From an uncultured Flavobacteriales bacterium (GTDB lineage Bacteria; Bacteroidota; Bacteroidia; Flavobacteriales; UBA7312): a stretch of DNA of 64,000 bases. The position numbers were made by a program, and so were the translations under genes. Of the stretch, positions 53,087 to 63,101 are shown one piece after another. Within the stretch, counting starts at the first letter, position 1. Every line of letters starts with the position of its first letter. The notes beneath the pieces are model-generated. The model made no database searches. It worked only from the letters and a program-made list of their open reading frames with translations, and had not been told where the DNA came from. The stretch covers positions 7,467 to 71,466 of the forward strand of contig CAXFOQ010000001.1 in NCBI GenBank assembly GCA_964004705.1, written 5' to 3'.

Positions 53087-53875
53087 TTAAAGGTCTTGAG
53101 CTTGAGCAATCATTTCAGCAATATCCATAACTTGAATGTCATTTTCTTTCTCTTTATTTTTGATACCGTCAGTCATCATTGTATTACAAAATGGACAACC
53201 TGTAGCAATAAATTCGGGTTTTACTTCCAAAGCATCTTCTGTACGCTCAATATTAATGTCTTTATTGCCTTTTTCTGGCTCTTTAAACATCTGAGCACCT
53301 CCAGCACCACAACATAAGCCTTTAGCTTTGCAACGTTTCATTTCAACCAATTCGGCATCAAGTTTCTTAATCAATTCTCTAGGCGCTTCATAAATATTAT
53401 TAGCTCTACCTAAATAGCAAGGGTCATGAAAAGTAATTCTCTTTCCTTCAAAACTTCCTCCTTCAATAGTTAGTTTATTATTATCTAACAACTCTTTAAG
53501 TAATTGTGTATGATGAACTACATCATATTTTCCACCTAAGTCAGCATATTCATTTTTTATTGTATTGAAGCAATGTGGACAAGCTGTAACAACTTTTTGA
53601 ATTTCATAAGCATTCATTACTTCAATATTTGCCATAGCTTGCATTTGGAATAAAAATTCGTTTCCAGCTCGTCTTGCAGGATCACCACTACAACTTTCTT
53701 CAGTACCAAGAACAGCAAACTTGACATTTGCTTTATTTAAAAGTTTGACAAATGCCTTTGTAATCTTCTTTGCTCTATCATCAAAACTTCCTGCACAACC
53801 AACCCAAAAAAGAACTTCTGCTTTTTCTCCGTTAGCCATGAGTTCTGCCATCGTTGGTACTACTAATTCACTCAT
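53087..53875 (-). CDS. CCG-domain (Fe-S)-binding oxidoreductase subunit (HdrD/GlpC/LutA-like C-terminal half)
   Basis: Two cysteine-rich CCG-type modules: VGCAGSF...ACPHCFNT and LCCGAGG...GCPFCNTM; 262 aa. Confidence 0.8.
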   Translation of the reverse strand: MSELVVPTMAELMANGEKAEVLFWVGCAGSFDDRAKKITKAFVKLLNKANVKFAVLGTEESCSGDPARRAGNEFLFQMQAMANIEVMNAYEIQKVVTACPHCFNTIKNEYADLGGKYDVVHHTQLLKELLDNNKLTIEGGSFEGKRITFHDPCYLGRANNIYEAPRELIKKLDAELVEMKRCKAKGLCCGAGGAQMFKEPEKGNKDINIERTEDALEVKPEFIATGCPFCNTMMTDGIKNKEKENDIQVMDIAEMIAQAQDL

Positions 53876-53878
53876 ATC

Positions 53879-54304
53879 TTATTTTTCAAATACTTGAATA
53901 GTTACATTTTTTTCTACTAAATCTGTAAATTTACCTTCATATCGGGTAGCTCTCACCAAGTGATTATCTATCCAATGGTAATTCCCTCCTCTTGGTTTAC
54001 CCATGAGCATACCATGGTATTTGAATCCGTGTTTTTTCAACCATATTTCTGTTATTTCTCGGTGTTCTTCAATTCGAGAGGTAAAAAAGGTAATGATGTG
54101 TCCTTCATCATACCATTTATTTAACGTCACTAATGCATCTGGATATAATTCTGCTGTAGCCATTCTTTCAGGCTCTTCATTTGGGATATCGTCACATATA
54201 GTACCATCGATATCAATCATATAATTCTTAATATGTTCTGGTAATACTGGACTTATAAGTTGTCCATCTACAATTTTATCTTCTAAATTAATCTTGTTAT
54301 TCAT
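53879..54304 (-). CDS. HAD-superfamily phosphatase-like small protein
   Basis: Motif I DIDGTICDD (DxDGT) and a FFTSR motif II-like segment; 141 aa. Overlaps the upstream Fe-S gene by 8 nt. Confidence 0.55.
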   Translation of the reverse strand: MNNKINLEDKIVDGQLISPVLPEHIKNYMIDIDGTICDDIPNEEPERMATAELYPDALVTLNKWYDEGHIITFFTSRIEEHREITEIWLKKHGFKYHGMLMGKPRGGNYHWIDNHLVRATRYEGKFTDLVEKNVTIQVFEK

Positions 54305-55604
54305 CTTTCCAATTCAGTCGGTCTGACATAGAAAATTGCCATGGCGCACCATTATTTTCTATGTTAGTAAATATATTATTCAATTCCATCGGTGCGGCTG
54401 ATTCTTCCATCACTAAATATCTTCTCAAATCTATTATTATTGATAAAGGATCAATATTTATTGGACAGGCATTTACGCAGGCATTACATGAGGTACAAGC
54501 CCATAATTCTTCTTTAGTTATTAAATCTAATAAAGATTTGTTATCGTTAAAAGTTTTCCCTTCTTTGTCAATTCCTTTTCCTACTTCTTCTACTCTATCT
54601 CTAACATCCATCATAATTTTTCGTGGAGAAAGTAATTTTCCCGTTTGATTTGCTGGGCATTCAGAAGTACAACGACCACATTCTGTACAACTGTATGCAT
54701 TCATTAATTGAATCCAACTTAAATCTTGAATATCTTTAGCACCAAAGCGTTCTGGTAAAGTATCATCACTATCAGCAAAAGAGTCTATATTAGGGTCTAG
54801 CATCTTTTTAACCTCATTAGTCACCGAATCCATATTTGCTAATTTTCCATCAGCTTCTATGTTAGAATAATAAGTATTTGGGAAAGCTAAAATGATATGT
54901 AGATGCTTAGAAATGACTAAGTAATTTAAAAACGCTAAAATGCCTACAATGTGAAACCACCAACAAATACGTTCAATTAAAATCAAACTGCTTTCAGAAA
55001 AATTATTAATTAAAGGAATAAAAAATTGACTTACAGGATTTGCAAACTCTACATTATAATGAGCAGAACTCATAGTAACCAACAAAGAGTCGCTTGCGTT
55101 CATCAATAGAAAAGCAAACATTAAAACTATCTCAAACACTAAAATTAGATTTGCATCGGTTTTAGGCCAACCCTGCATCTCTTTACTCGAGAATCTTGGA
55201 ATACGCATAATGTTTCTTCTAGTCAGGAAAAAGACACAAGCAATAAGAACTAAAGCAGCTAAAACCTCAAAAGTCCCAATTATAAAAGCATAGAAAGGCC
55301 CTAATAAAGATAGAACACGATGTGTTCCAAAAATTCCATCAATTATTATTTCAATAACCTCAATATTTATGATAACGAAACCAACATAAATTAAGAGATG
55401 TAAAAAACCCGCAATAGGTCTGCTGACCATTTTAGATTGCCCAAGAGCAACACGAATCATTATTTTCCATCTTTCTGAGGGTTTGTATGATCTATCAACT
55501 TCTCTACCTAAATTTATATATCGTAGGGTTTTTCTAAAATTTATAAAAAATAAGAGCGTAAAGCCAATAAAAACTAATATAAAAATAACTTGTTCTATTC
55601 CCAT
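54297..55604 (-). CDS. Membrane-anchored 4Fe-4S dicluster protein (HdrD/GlpC-like N-terminal half fused to a multi-TM domain)
   Basis: About 5-6 N-terminal TM helices with conserved His (FLHLL, WWFHIV, KHLH), then two ferredoxin motifs CTECGRCTSECP and CTSCNACVNACP. Confidence 0.8.
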   Translation of the reverse strand: MGIEQVIFILVFIGFTLLFFINFRKTLRYINLGREVDRSYKPSERWKIMIRVALGQSKMVSRPIAGFLHLLIYVGFVIINIEVIEIIIDGIFGTHRVLSLLGPFYAFIIGTFEVLAALVLIACVFFLTRRNIMRIPRFSSKEMQGWPKTDANLILVFEIVLMFAFLLMNASDSLLVTMSSAHYNVEFANPVSQFFIPLINNFSESSLILIERICWWFHIVGILAFLNYLVISKHLHIILAFPNTYYSNIEADGKLANMDSVTNEVKKMLDPNIDSFADSDDTLPERFGAKDIQDLSWIQLMNAYSCTECGRCTSECPANQTGKLLSPRKIMMDVRDRVEEVGKGIDKEGKTFNDNKSLLDLITKEELWACTSCNACVNACPINIDPLSIIIDLRRYLVMEESAAPMELNNIFTNIENNGAPWQFSMSDRLNWKDE

Positions 55605-55613
55605 ATACTGAAC

Positions 55614-56600
55614 TTACTTACTAGTATCTTTTTTTAATTCAAAAACAGTTTTTTTACCACCTAATAAAGAGAATGTTAAATAACGTTTAGGATATTTTTT
55701 CATATCTTCAATTAATAAATCAAGTTGATTAGAGGCACTGGTTAAGTTGTTATACATTTCTTTATCGTTTAAAAGTAAACCAATAGTACCTTCCCCTTTT
55801 TCTATTTTTTGCAAAATTTTATCAAAATCAGCTAAGGACTTATCTAAATTATTAATGGTGCTCTTAATGTTAGACTTAGCAATAGAATCCGATATAGCCT
55901 CGAAATTCTTTAAGGTTCTTGCGATAATATCGTTGTTATTGTGCAAGTTAGTAGTAATAGACTCAACATTTTGAATTATATTACTTACTCTGACATCATT
56001 TTTATAGATTACACTATCTAACCTTACCATTGCTAATTCCATAGTACTAAAAGTTCTGTTGAGACTTCTCAAACTACTTGATAAACTTTCTCTAGCATCT
56101 TTATCTAATACAGTTGTAATTACCGTCATAACAGAGTCAATTGATGAAATGAGCTCTTCAGCTTTATTCTTAAGCGGAAGAACTTGTTTATTCACTTCAT
56201 CTTTGAGCCCGTCTTCTATCTCTGAATATAGTGTGTCCCCAGCAGATGCAAAAATATTAGAATTTCCATAAATTAATTTAACAGCCTTAGTTCCCATAAT
56301 ATCTGAATTATAAATTTTTGCTATAGAATTTCTAGGAAACTTAATATCATTATTTAACGTGAATTTAACAATAATATCTCCTGAACTATTAGGATGAAAG
56401 TAAATTTCAGTTACATTTCCAACTGTTAAACCATTTATTCTTACTGGAGCTGAAGACTCAAGACCATCTATATTTTTATATATGGAATAATACTCATTAG
56501 AGTTTTCAAAAATATTATTACCCTTTAAAAAACTAATACCCCATATAAGTAAAAATATAGAAAAAATACCGATAACACCAATCTTTAATTCTGCTTTCAT
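55614..56600 (-). CDS. MlaD/MCE-domain protein
   Basis: N-terminal TM and an MCE domain (YKNIDGLESSAPVRINGLTVGNV) followed by a long helical region; 328 aa. Confidence 0.85.
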   Translation of the reverse strand: MKAELKIGVIGIFSIFLLIWGISFLKGNNIFENSNEYYSIYKNIDGLESSAPVRINGLTVGNVTEIYFHPNSSGDIIVKFTLNNDIKFPRNSIAKIYNSDIMGTKAVKLIYGNSNIFASAGDTLYSEIEDGLKDEVNKQVLPLKNKAEELISSIDSVMTVITTVLDKDARESLSSSLRSLNRTFSTMELAMVRLDSVIYKNDVRVSNIIQNVESITTNLHNNNDIIARTLKNFEAISDSIAKSNIKSTINNLDKSLADFDKILQKIEKGEGTIGLLLNDKEMYNNLTSASNQLDLLIEDMKKYPKRYLTFSLLGGKKTVFELKKDTSK

Positions 56601-56602
56601 TA

Positions 56603-57724
56603 TTATTGTTTTTGAATATTTATAGCATCTGAAATTCCTATTTTTTTATTGTTTAAAAAAGCTATAATAAAAGCATCTTTATAGCCATTTTCAACAGCTA
56701 TTTTTTTGATTTCTCTAGCTTTTGCTATGTGTTTTTCATTGCCGATAGTATACTTAAACATATTTTTTTCTTTGAAAAAATCTACCTTATATTTCATTAC
56801 GGATGCAATTTCTTTCTCCTCCATTGAGGTTTTTATTTGGACTTTAAATATAACACCTTTTTGAGTGGTATCATTTTTAAAAAATAATTTTGTTGAATCA
56901 GCTTTAATTTTATTTAAAACTGGTATTACTGCTAAATTAGAAGATGACAATTCTAATTCATTTTTATATTCTCTAATAGCTCTAAAAATTGCAGATGCCA
57001 TGTAAGATTGGCCATTTTCAGAGTTTAAAAAATCTTCTTCACTTGGATTTGAAATAAAACCTAACTCTACCAAAACACTAGGCATATTAGTAGCTCGTGT
57101 TACCCATAATGGAGTTTGTTTAACTCCCCTATCTGTTCTTTTTACTCTTTCTCTAAATTGTTCTTGAATTTTCTGAGCAATTAAAATACTTTGATTAAGA
57201 TAAGTAGTTTGACTAAGAGAAAAAGCAATTATGCTTTCGGGTGAATTTGGGTCAAAACCATCGTAATTTTCCTCATAATTGTCTTCAAGAAAAATTACAG
57301 AGTTTTCTTTTTGAGCAACTCGTAAATTAGCTTCTGTATATCTTAAACCCATTACGTGCGAAGAACTTCCTTTAGCAGATGATTTTGTAAAAGAATCACA
57401 ATGAATAGAAATAAATAGATCTGCATTAGAATTGTTAGCTATGTCTGTTCTATCTTTTAATGTTGGAAATGTATCTTTTGTTCTAGTGTAAACAATTTTC
57501 ATTTCAGGAAAAGCTTCTTTGAGGTACTTTCCTAATTTAAGAGTCACATCTAATGCAATGTGTTTTTCTGTTTTAGTATACCTTCCAGTACCAGGAGCTC
57601 CAGGATCTTTACCACCATGGCCAGCATCAAGTACAATAGTTTGAACAACACTTTTTTGTGCTAAAATACTATCAGCAAAAAATAGCATAATTAGAGCAAG
57701 AAATATAAAATAAAAGCGTTTCAT
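56603..57724 (-). CDS. N-acetylmuramoyl-L-alanine amidase (Amidase_3) with C-terminal SPOR-like domain
   Basis: Signal peptide; IVLDAGHGGKDPGA, SIHCDS and VLVELGFISN motifs; the C-terminal ~80 aa resemble a SPOR domain. Confidence 0.9.
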   Translation of the reverse strand: MKRFYFIFLALIMLFFADSILAQKSVVQTIVLDAGHGGKDPGAPGTGRYTKTEKHIALDVTLKLGKYLKEAFPEMKIVYTRTKDTFPTLKDRTDIANNSNADLFISIHCDSFTKSSAKGSSSHVMGLRYTEANLRVAQKENSVIFLEDNYEENYDGFDPNSPESIIAFSLSQTTYLNQSILIAQKIQEQFRERVKRTDRGVKQTPLWVTRATNMPSVLVELGFISNPSEEDFLNSENGQSYMASAIFRAIREYKNELELSSSNLAVIPVLNKIKADSTKLFFKNDTTQKGVIFKVQIKTSMEEKEIASVMKYKVDFFKEKNMFKYTIGNEKHIAKAREIKKIAVENGYKDAFIIAFLNNKKIGISDAINIQKQ

Positions 57725-57755
57725 AATATCAAGCTTTTTAAATAGTAGAAATGCT

Positions 57756-57763
57756 TAGTTTTG
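57756..57763 (+). promoter_or_regulatory. Bacteroidota-type -7 promoter box TAGTTTTG
   Basis: Exact TAnnTTTG match, 19 nt upstream of the TTG start (57783) of the LptD-like gene. Confidence 0.45.
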
Positions 57764-57782
57764 AATCCAAATACAAGTGTAG

Positions 57783-60266
57783 TTGAAAAAGCACCTTTAC
57801 ATTTATAAATCATTCTCAAAAGTAGCATATTTTATGTGCTACATATTAGTCTCACTATTTGTTTTTTCAACAAGCAATGCACAAGAAATCGAAAGAGATT
57901 CTATATATCTTAATTCCAATTTAATTTCAGATGATAAAATTGATGAATCAGTTATAAGTTCTGCTAAAGATTCTATAAATTATGATATTCAAAATAACAA
58001 AGTGTACTTATACAATAATGCTGAAATTAAATACGGAAGTATAACACTTCAAGCCTCATATATTGAACTTGATTCAGATAAAAATATTGTTTTTGCTAAA
58101 AGTCTTGTTAATGATAGTACTGGTGAAAACTATGGATATCCAGTATTTACTGAAGATGGTAAAAGCTTTACTTCGAAAGAAATAACTTATAATTTCAATA
58201 CTAAGAAAGGTATAATTAAAGAGGTACGGACTCAAGAAGGCGATAGCTACATTCTTGGAGAAAAAGTAAAGAAAAATCAAGATGATGTAGTATTTACATC
58301 AAGGGGTAGATACACCACTTGCGATGCCGACATACCACATTTTTCTATCAAAGCAAAAAGAATTAAAACTATTCCTAATAAGAAAATTATTACTGGTCCA
58401 GCAGTGCTAGAATTCGGAGGTGTCCCTACTCCACTTGCCATACCATTTGGCTTTTTCCCAAATCAGAAAAAACAAAGCTCAGGCATCATTTTTCCATTTT
58501 ATGGAGAATCTTCCAATCAAGGTTTCTTTTTAAGAAATGGTGGCTACTACTTTTCCATTAACGACTATATGGATTTATCACTTATTGGAGACATTTACAC
58601 TAAGGGTTCTTGGAATTTAAATGTTACATCTAATTATAAAAGAAAATACCGCTATCAAGGAAATGTTAATATAAGTTACTCTAGCTTAAAAAGTGGTAAT
58701 ACTCTTGTTGGTGATAAGACAGATAGAAGAGATTTTTTTATTCGTTGGAAACATCTACAAGACACTAAAGCTAATTTAAATAGACGATTTTCCGTAAATA
58801 TTAATGCTGGAAGTAGCACCTATCAGCAAAACAACTCGTTTTCAGATAAAGATTATCTCAGTAATACTTTTCAATCAAATTTGTCATATTTAAGAAATTG
58901 GAAATCTGCAAATATGTCAATTAACATTAGGCATAGTCAAAACACCCTTTCCAAACAATTGAATTTAAGTTTACCAGAGATGAGTTTAAACTTTAATCGT
59001 TTCTATCCCTTAAAACGTTTTAATAAAACTAATAAATCTAAATGGTACGATAAATTATATATTAATTATACTACTAATTTTAAGAATAGTATTTCTATAG
59101 CCGATAGTTTACTTTTTCAGCGATCGGCATTAACTAAATTCAGAAATGGTGTTGTGCATAATATTCCTATTTCTACTTCTTTTACAGCTCTTAAATACAT
59201 TAACATCTCTCCTTCTTTTAGTTATAGAGAAAGATGGTATTTTGATAGAATAGAAAAAACATGGCTTGATAACAAATTAAACACGGATACGGTAAATGGT
59301 TTTTACAGAGTTTTTAATTATTCTTACAGTTTGTCAGCTAGTACAAAGATTTATGGAATTTTAAATTTTAAAAATAAAAGACTAAAGGCCATAAGACATA
59401 TTGCGAACCCCTCTATTTCACTAAGTTACTCTCCTGATTTTTCATCAGATAATTTTAACTTTTATGACGAGGTTCAGATTGATACTCTAGGTAACTTACA
59501 GGAATATTCTTACTATCAAAATGGTATTTACGGAACCCCCGGAAGTCAATCAAATGCTTCTTTGCGATTCTCGTTAGGTAATATTCTCGAAATGAAAACA
59601 CTGTCAAAGGATACAATTAACCCTGTAAAAAAAATTAAGTTACTAGAGGGTTTGAATATTTCTTCAGGTTATAATTTATTAAAAGATTCTATGCAATTAG
59701 CTAATATATATATCAACGGCAGAACTCGATTATTTAATAAATTTGATATTACTTTTAGCGGTTCATACGACCCTTATCAAATTGTTAATGGCAGCAGAGT
59801 TAATAAATATTACTTCACAAAAACATATCTTCCTGCTAGATTAACTAATGCTAATGCAAGTTTAAATTTTAGATTAAACGGAGGAGCAAAAAATGAAGAA
59901 AATAATATAGCTCACTGGTTAGATTATGTTGACTTTAATATTCCTTGGAACTTGAGTGTAAATTATACGATGAGCTATAACAAGCAGTCCATAACTCAAA
60001 AGTTAAAACAATCATTAAACTTTTCAGGTGATTTAAAATTGACTGATAAGTGGAAAATTGGGTTTAACTCTGGTTATGATTTTGAAGCTAATGATTTAAG
60101 TTATACCTCTTTAAATATTTACAGAGATTTGCATTGCTGGGAAATGTTAGTTAAGTGGATTCCATTTGGATATAGACAAAGCTATAATTTTACCATAAGA
60201 GTAAAAGCTTCAGTATTGCAAGATTTAAAATGGGAAAAGAAAAAAGATTGGTATGACTATCAATAA
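57783..60266 (+). CDS. LptD-like LPS-assembly outer-membrane protein (Bacteroidota type)
   Basis: 827 aa. Signal peptide ending SNAQE, an N-terminal OstA-like region, and a long beta-barrel-like C-terminal part ending in aromatic residues. Confidence 0.75.
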   Translation: MKKHLYIYKSFSKVAYFMCYILVSLFVFSTSNAQEIERDSIYLNSNLISDDKIDESVISSAKDSINYDIQNNKVYLYNNAEIKYGSITLQASYIELDSDKNIVFAKSLVNDSTGENYGYPVFTEDGKSFTSKEITYNFNTKKGIIKEVRTQEGDSYILGEKVKKNQDDVVFTSRGRYTTCDADIPHFSIKAKRIKTIPNKKIITGPAVLEFGGVPTPLAIPFGFFPNQKKQSSGIIFPFYGESSNQGFFLRNGGYYFSINDYMDLSLIGDIYTKGSWNLNVTSNYKRKYRYQGNVNISYSSLKSGNTLVGDKTDRRDFFIRWKHLQDTKANLNRRFSVNINAGSSTYQQNNSFSDKDYLSNTFQSNLSYLRNWKSANMSINIRHSQNTLSKQLNLSLPEMSLNFNRFYPLKRFNKTNKSKWYDKLYINYTTNFKNSISIADSLLFQRSALTKFRNGVVHNIPISTSFTALKYINISPSFSYRERWYFDRIEKTWLDNKLNTDTVNGFYRVFNYSYSLSASTKIYGILNFKNKRLKAIRHIANPSISLSYSPDFSSDNFNFYDEVQIDTLGNLQEYSYYQNGIYGTPGSQSNASLRFSLGNILEMKTLSKDTINPVKKIKLLEGLNISSGYNLLKDSMQLANIYINGRTRLFNKFDITFSGSYDPYQIVNGSRVNKYYFTKTYLPARLTNANASLNFRLNGGAKNEENNIAHWLDYVDFNIPWNLSVNYTMSYNKQSITQKLKQSLNFSGDLKLTDKWKIGFNSGYDFEANDLSYTSLNIYRDLHCWEMLVKWIPFGYRQSYNFTIRVKASVLQDLKWEKKKDWYDYQ

Positions 60267-60823
60267 GCTATCCAATTATCTATTAGCTTATCTCCTTGTG
60301 GTGTTAATATTGATTCTGGATGGAATTGTAACCCTTTGACATCAAATTGTTGATGTGACAATGCCATTATTATATCATCACATTCGGCAATTATTTTAAT
60401 TGAATCTGTAATACTGTTTTTATCTAGATACCATGAATGATAATGACCTACGTAGACTGGATCATTTAATTCTCTAAAAAGGTAATCAGATTTATCATAA
60501 TTAGTCAATATCGACTTTACTCCATGTCTTACATCGCTCATTTTTAGTAATTTACACCCAAACACCTCTCCTATTGCTTGATGACCTAAGCAAATACCTA
60601 AAATACTTTTTTTTGAAGAAAAAATTTCTATTAACGGCTTTAGTAATGAACTTTCGGAAGGTAATCCTGGACCTGGAGATAATACAATTTTATCATATAG
60701 ATTTACTTTATCAAAGTTAATTTTATCATTTCTAACTACATCTACTATTGAAACTTTATTTTGTAATAAATAAAACAAGTTAAAAGTAAATGAATCGTAA
60801 TTATCAACTAATAAGATCTTCAT
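60260..60823 (-). CDS. Glutamine amidotransferase subunit of anthranilate/aminodeoxychorismate synthase (TrpG/PabA)
   Basis: Class-I GATase motifs: MKILLVDNYDSFTFNL, catalytic GICLGHQ, and HPES at the C-terminus; 187 aa. Confidence 0.9.
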   Translation of the reverse strand: MKILLVDNYDSFTFNLFYLLQNKVSIVDVVRNDKINFDKVNLYDKIVLSPGPGLPSESSLLKPLIEIFSSKKSILGICLGHQAIGEVFGCKLLKMSDVRHGVKSILTNYDKSDYLFRELNDPVYVGHYHSWYLDKNSITDSIKIIAECDDIIMALSHQQFDVKGLQFHPESILTPQGDKLIDNWIAY

Positions 60824-60834
60824 TAAGTTATTGA

Positions 60835-61962
60835 TTAATGTTTAGATATTTTTAATAAAGTCGATTTATAAGTTTTAGCAATGTTATTCCAAGAAAATCG
60901 TTTAACAACACGATTAGTATTTTTACTATAAAATTTTATATCTTTTAGAATTGATATTACCGCTAGTGATATGGCTTGAGGAGTATTGATTATGTGAAAA
61001 CCAGCATGTTCAGTTTCTAGTACTTTCCAAGGTGTATTTTTAGACGCAATAACAGGTGTATTATGAAATAAAGCTTCGGCAGCCACCAAACCAAAATTTT
61101 CAGTGTGCGATGGCATTACTAAACATTGTGCATGTTTTAAGAAACAATTCTTATTATTTGAATTTAAATGACCAACAAATTCAATATTATCTTGAATTTT
61201 CAACTTTATTGAAAGATCTTTTAGTCTATTTAGTTCTCCCTCATCTGATCCAGCAATAAATAATTTTAAATTCGAATAAATTTTTAAAATGCTTGGCATA
61301 GCTTTTAGCATAATATCATAACCTTTGACTTTATGAAGTCTTCCTAAACATGCAATGTAAAAACTATTTTGCCATTTTTTGCTACATTCGCTTTTAATAT
61401 CACTTTCTTCAAAATCTACACCATCACTAACTAATTCAATATTAGCATCAGGAAAAAAATGTTGAATATCTCCAATCTCTTTTTCTGATGTTGCATGCCA
61501 AAAAATACGCTTTTGAAATGGCTTAATTAAGAATTTAATCCAAATTTTTTTTATTAATCCTCTATGTTTAAATGACCACAAAGATAAACTCCCTCTTGGC
61601 GACAATAAAACAGTCTTTTTTTGCAAATTAGAATGAAAGAGAGCTAATATCGTACTTAGAGAATATATAGATTGAATATGAACAACATTAGCATCTTTTA
61701 TATCTTTAGATAGTCCAAAAATCATTTTAAATGAAAAGAATGGTAATAAACAATTATTGTAATATTTAACATTTAAACCACATTGATCAATAAAAATATT
61801 AGTTACAACATCAAGTTTATCATCACCATTTAGATTAGTAGTTATAATATCAATATTAACGCCATTTTCAGCCGCTTTTTGGCTTAAATGATATGCGGCA
61901 AAAACAGGTCCACCGTAAATAAAAGCTGGATAAAAATATGGGATTACAACAACTACTTTCAT
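60835..61962 (-). CDS. GT-B glycosyltransferase (GT4-like)
   Basis: C-terminal E-x7-E region SHTENFGLVAAEALFHNTPVIAS; 375 aa. Confidence 0.8.
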   Translation of the reverse strand: MKVVVVIPYFYPAFIYGGPVFAAYHLSQKAAENGVNIDIITTNLNGDDKLDVVTNIFIDQCGLNVKYYNNCLLPFFSFKMIFGLSKDIKDANVVHIQSIYSLSTILALFHSNLQKKTVLLSPRGSLSLWSFKHRGLIKKIWIKFLIKPFQKRIFWHATSEKEIGDIQHFFPDANIELVSDGVDFEESDIKSECSKKWQNSFYIACLGRLHKVKGYDIMLKAMPSILKIYSNLKLFIAGSDEGELNRLKDLSIKLKIQDNIEFVGHLNSNNKNCFLKHAQCLVMPSHTENFGLVAAEALFHNTPVIASKNTPWKVLETEHAGFHIINTPQAISLAVISILKDIKFYSKNTNRVVKRFSWNNIAKTYKSTLLKISKH

Positions 61963-62027
61963 TTTAAAAAATATTTTTCAAAATAAAAATAATTAAAAAA
62001 GAATTGTTAGATAAAATTTAAATATGT

Positions 62028-63101
62028 CTAATTATAAATTTTTGATAATGCCAAATTTAATTGTTTAGAATAAAGTTTAAAATTCCAATAATTGTGCATT
62101 AACTCATATGCATTATTAGTAAAGAATTGATATTGGTCTTTATTTTTAAATAGTAATTGCATTTTATTTGCCAAATCTCCCTTCTTAGTGGCATCAAATA
62201 TTAATCCTGTATCCTTATCTTTAATTAAATCATAATTAGCACCTATACCAAGGTTTGATAAGACTGCTAAAGATGCCGATAAGGCCTCATTTATAACTAG
62301 GCCCCAATTTTCATTATTTGAAGCTAACACTAAAGCATGTGCTAATTCAAATTCTCTTTTTAAATCCATTGTAGTTAATCGACCTTTAAATAAAATATTT
62401 GAATATCTTGAATACTTTTTATAATTAATATCAAATCTAGGCCCATCCCCAACTAGAACTAATTGAACAGATGAATTTTTTTCAAACTTTATTAAAAACT
62501 CTTCAATAATAACATCTATCTGCTTTAAATCTATGAAACGTCCAACATATAGAAATGTAAACACTTCACTTCTTTTTCTTAATGGAGAAAATTTAAACTG
62601 ATTAACATCAACAACCATCGGTAAAAAATGTATTCTATCAGAAGACATTCCATAATATCTAAACAATTTCTTTTGGGAGTCATTTCCTCCAGCCAAACCA
62701 TTTAAATATGGATTCTTAAATAAATAGTTTAAATACCATTTTTTAGCAATTCGCTTAAAAGGATTTGAAGGTATTTTAAGAGGGGTATCAGAAATTATAG
62801 AAATCGGTTTTTTATGTTTAGAAAATATGTGAATAATCAATAATAAAATAAATGAAATTGAAGTATAACCACTAAAAAGAATAATATCATTTTCATCATA
62901 ATCTTTCTTCAGCGTTTTGAAGCGAGGAATAATAGATAATCTTTCTAAAAATATATAATTATCAAACTTTTCGAACGATTTAGGCATTGAATAGGATGAG
63001 GTATATAAAAATTTATAGTTAATACACATAGGCAAGAAAACCTCATTAACAAGATCAATTGTATATGAAGCCGGTTCAGTCAGAAATACTACTACTTTCA
63101 T
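62028..63101 (-). CDS. GT-B glycosyltransferase (GT4-like)
   Basis: FLYVGR...KGRL and NENWGLVINEALSASLAVLS motifs; 357 aa. Confidence 0.7.
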   Translation of the reverse strand: MKVVVFLTEPASYTIDLVNEVFLPMCINYKFLYTSSYSMPKSFEKFDNYIFLERLSIIPRFKTLKKDYDENDIILFSGYTSISFILLLIIHIFSKHKKPISIISDTPLKIPSNPFKRIAKKWYLNYLFKNPYLNGLAGGNDSQKKLFRYYGMSSDRIHFLPMVVDVNQFKFSPLRKRSEVFTFLYVGRFIDLKQIDVIIEEFLIKFEKNSSVQLVLVGDGPRFDINYKKYSRYSNILFKGRLTTMDLKREFELAHALVLASNNENWGLVINEALSASLAVLSNLGIGANYDLIKDKDTGLIFDATKKGDLANKMQLLFKNKDQYQFFTNNAYELMHNYWNFKLYSKQLNLALSKIYN

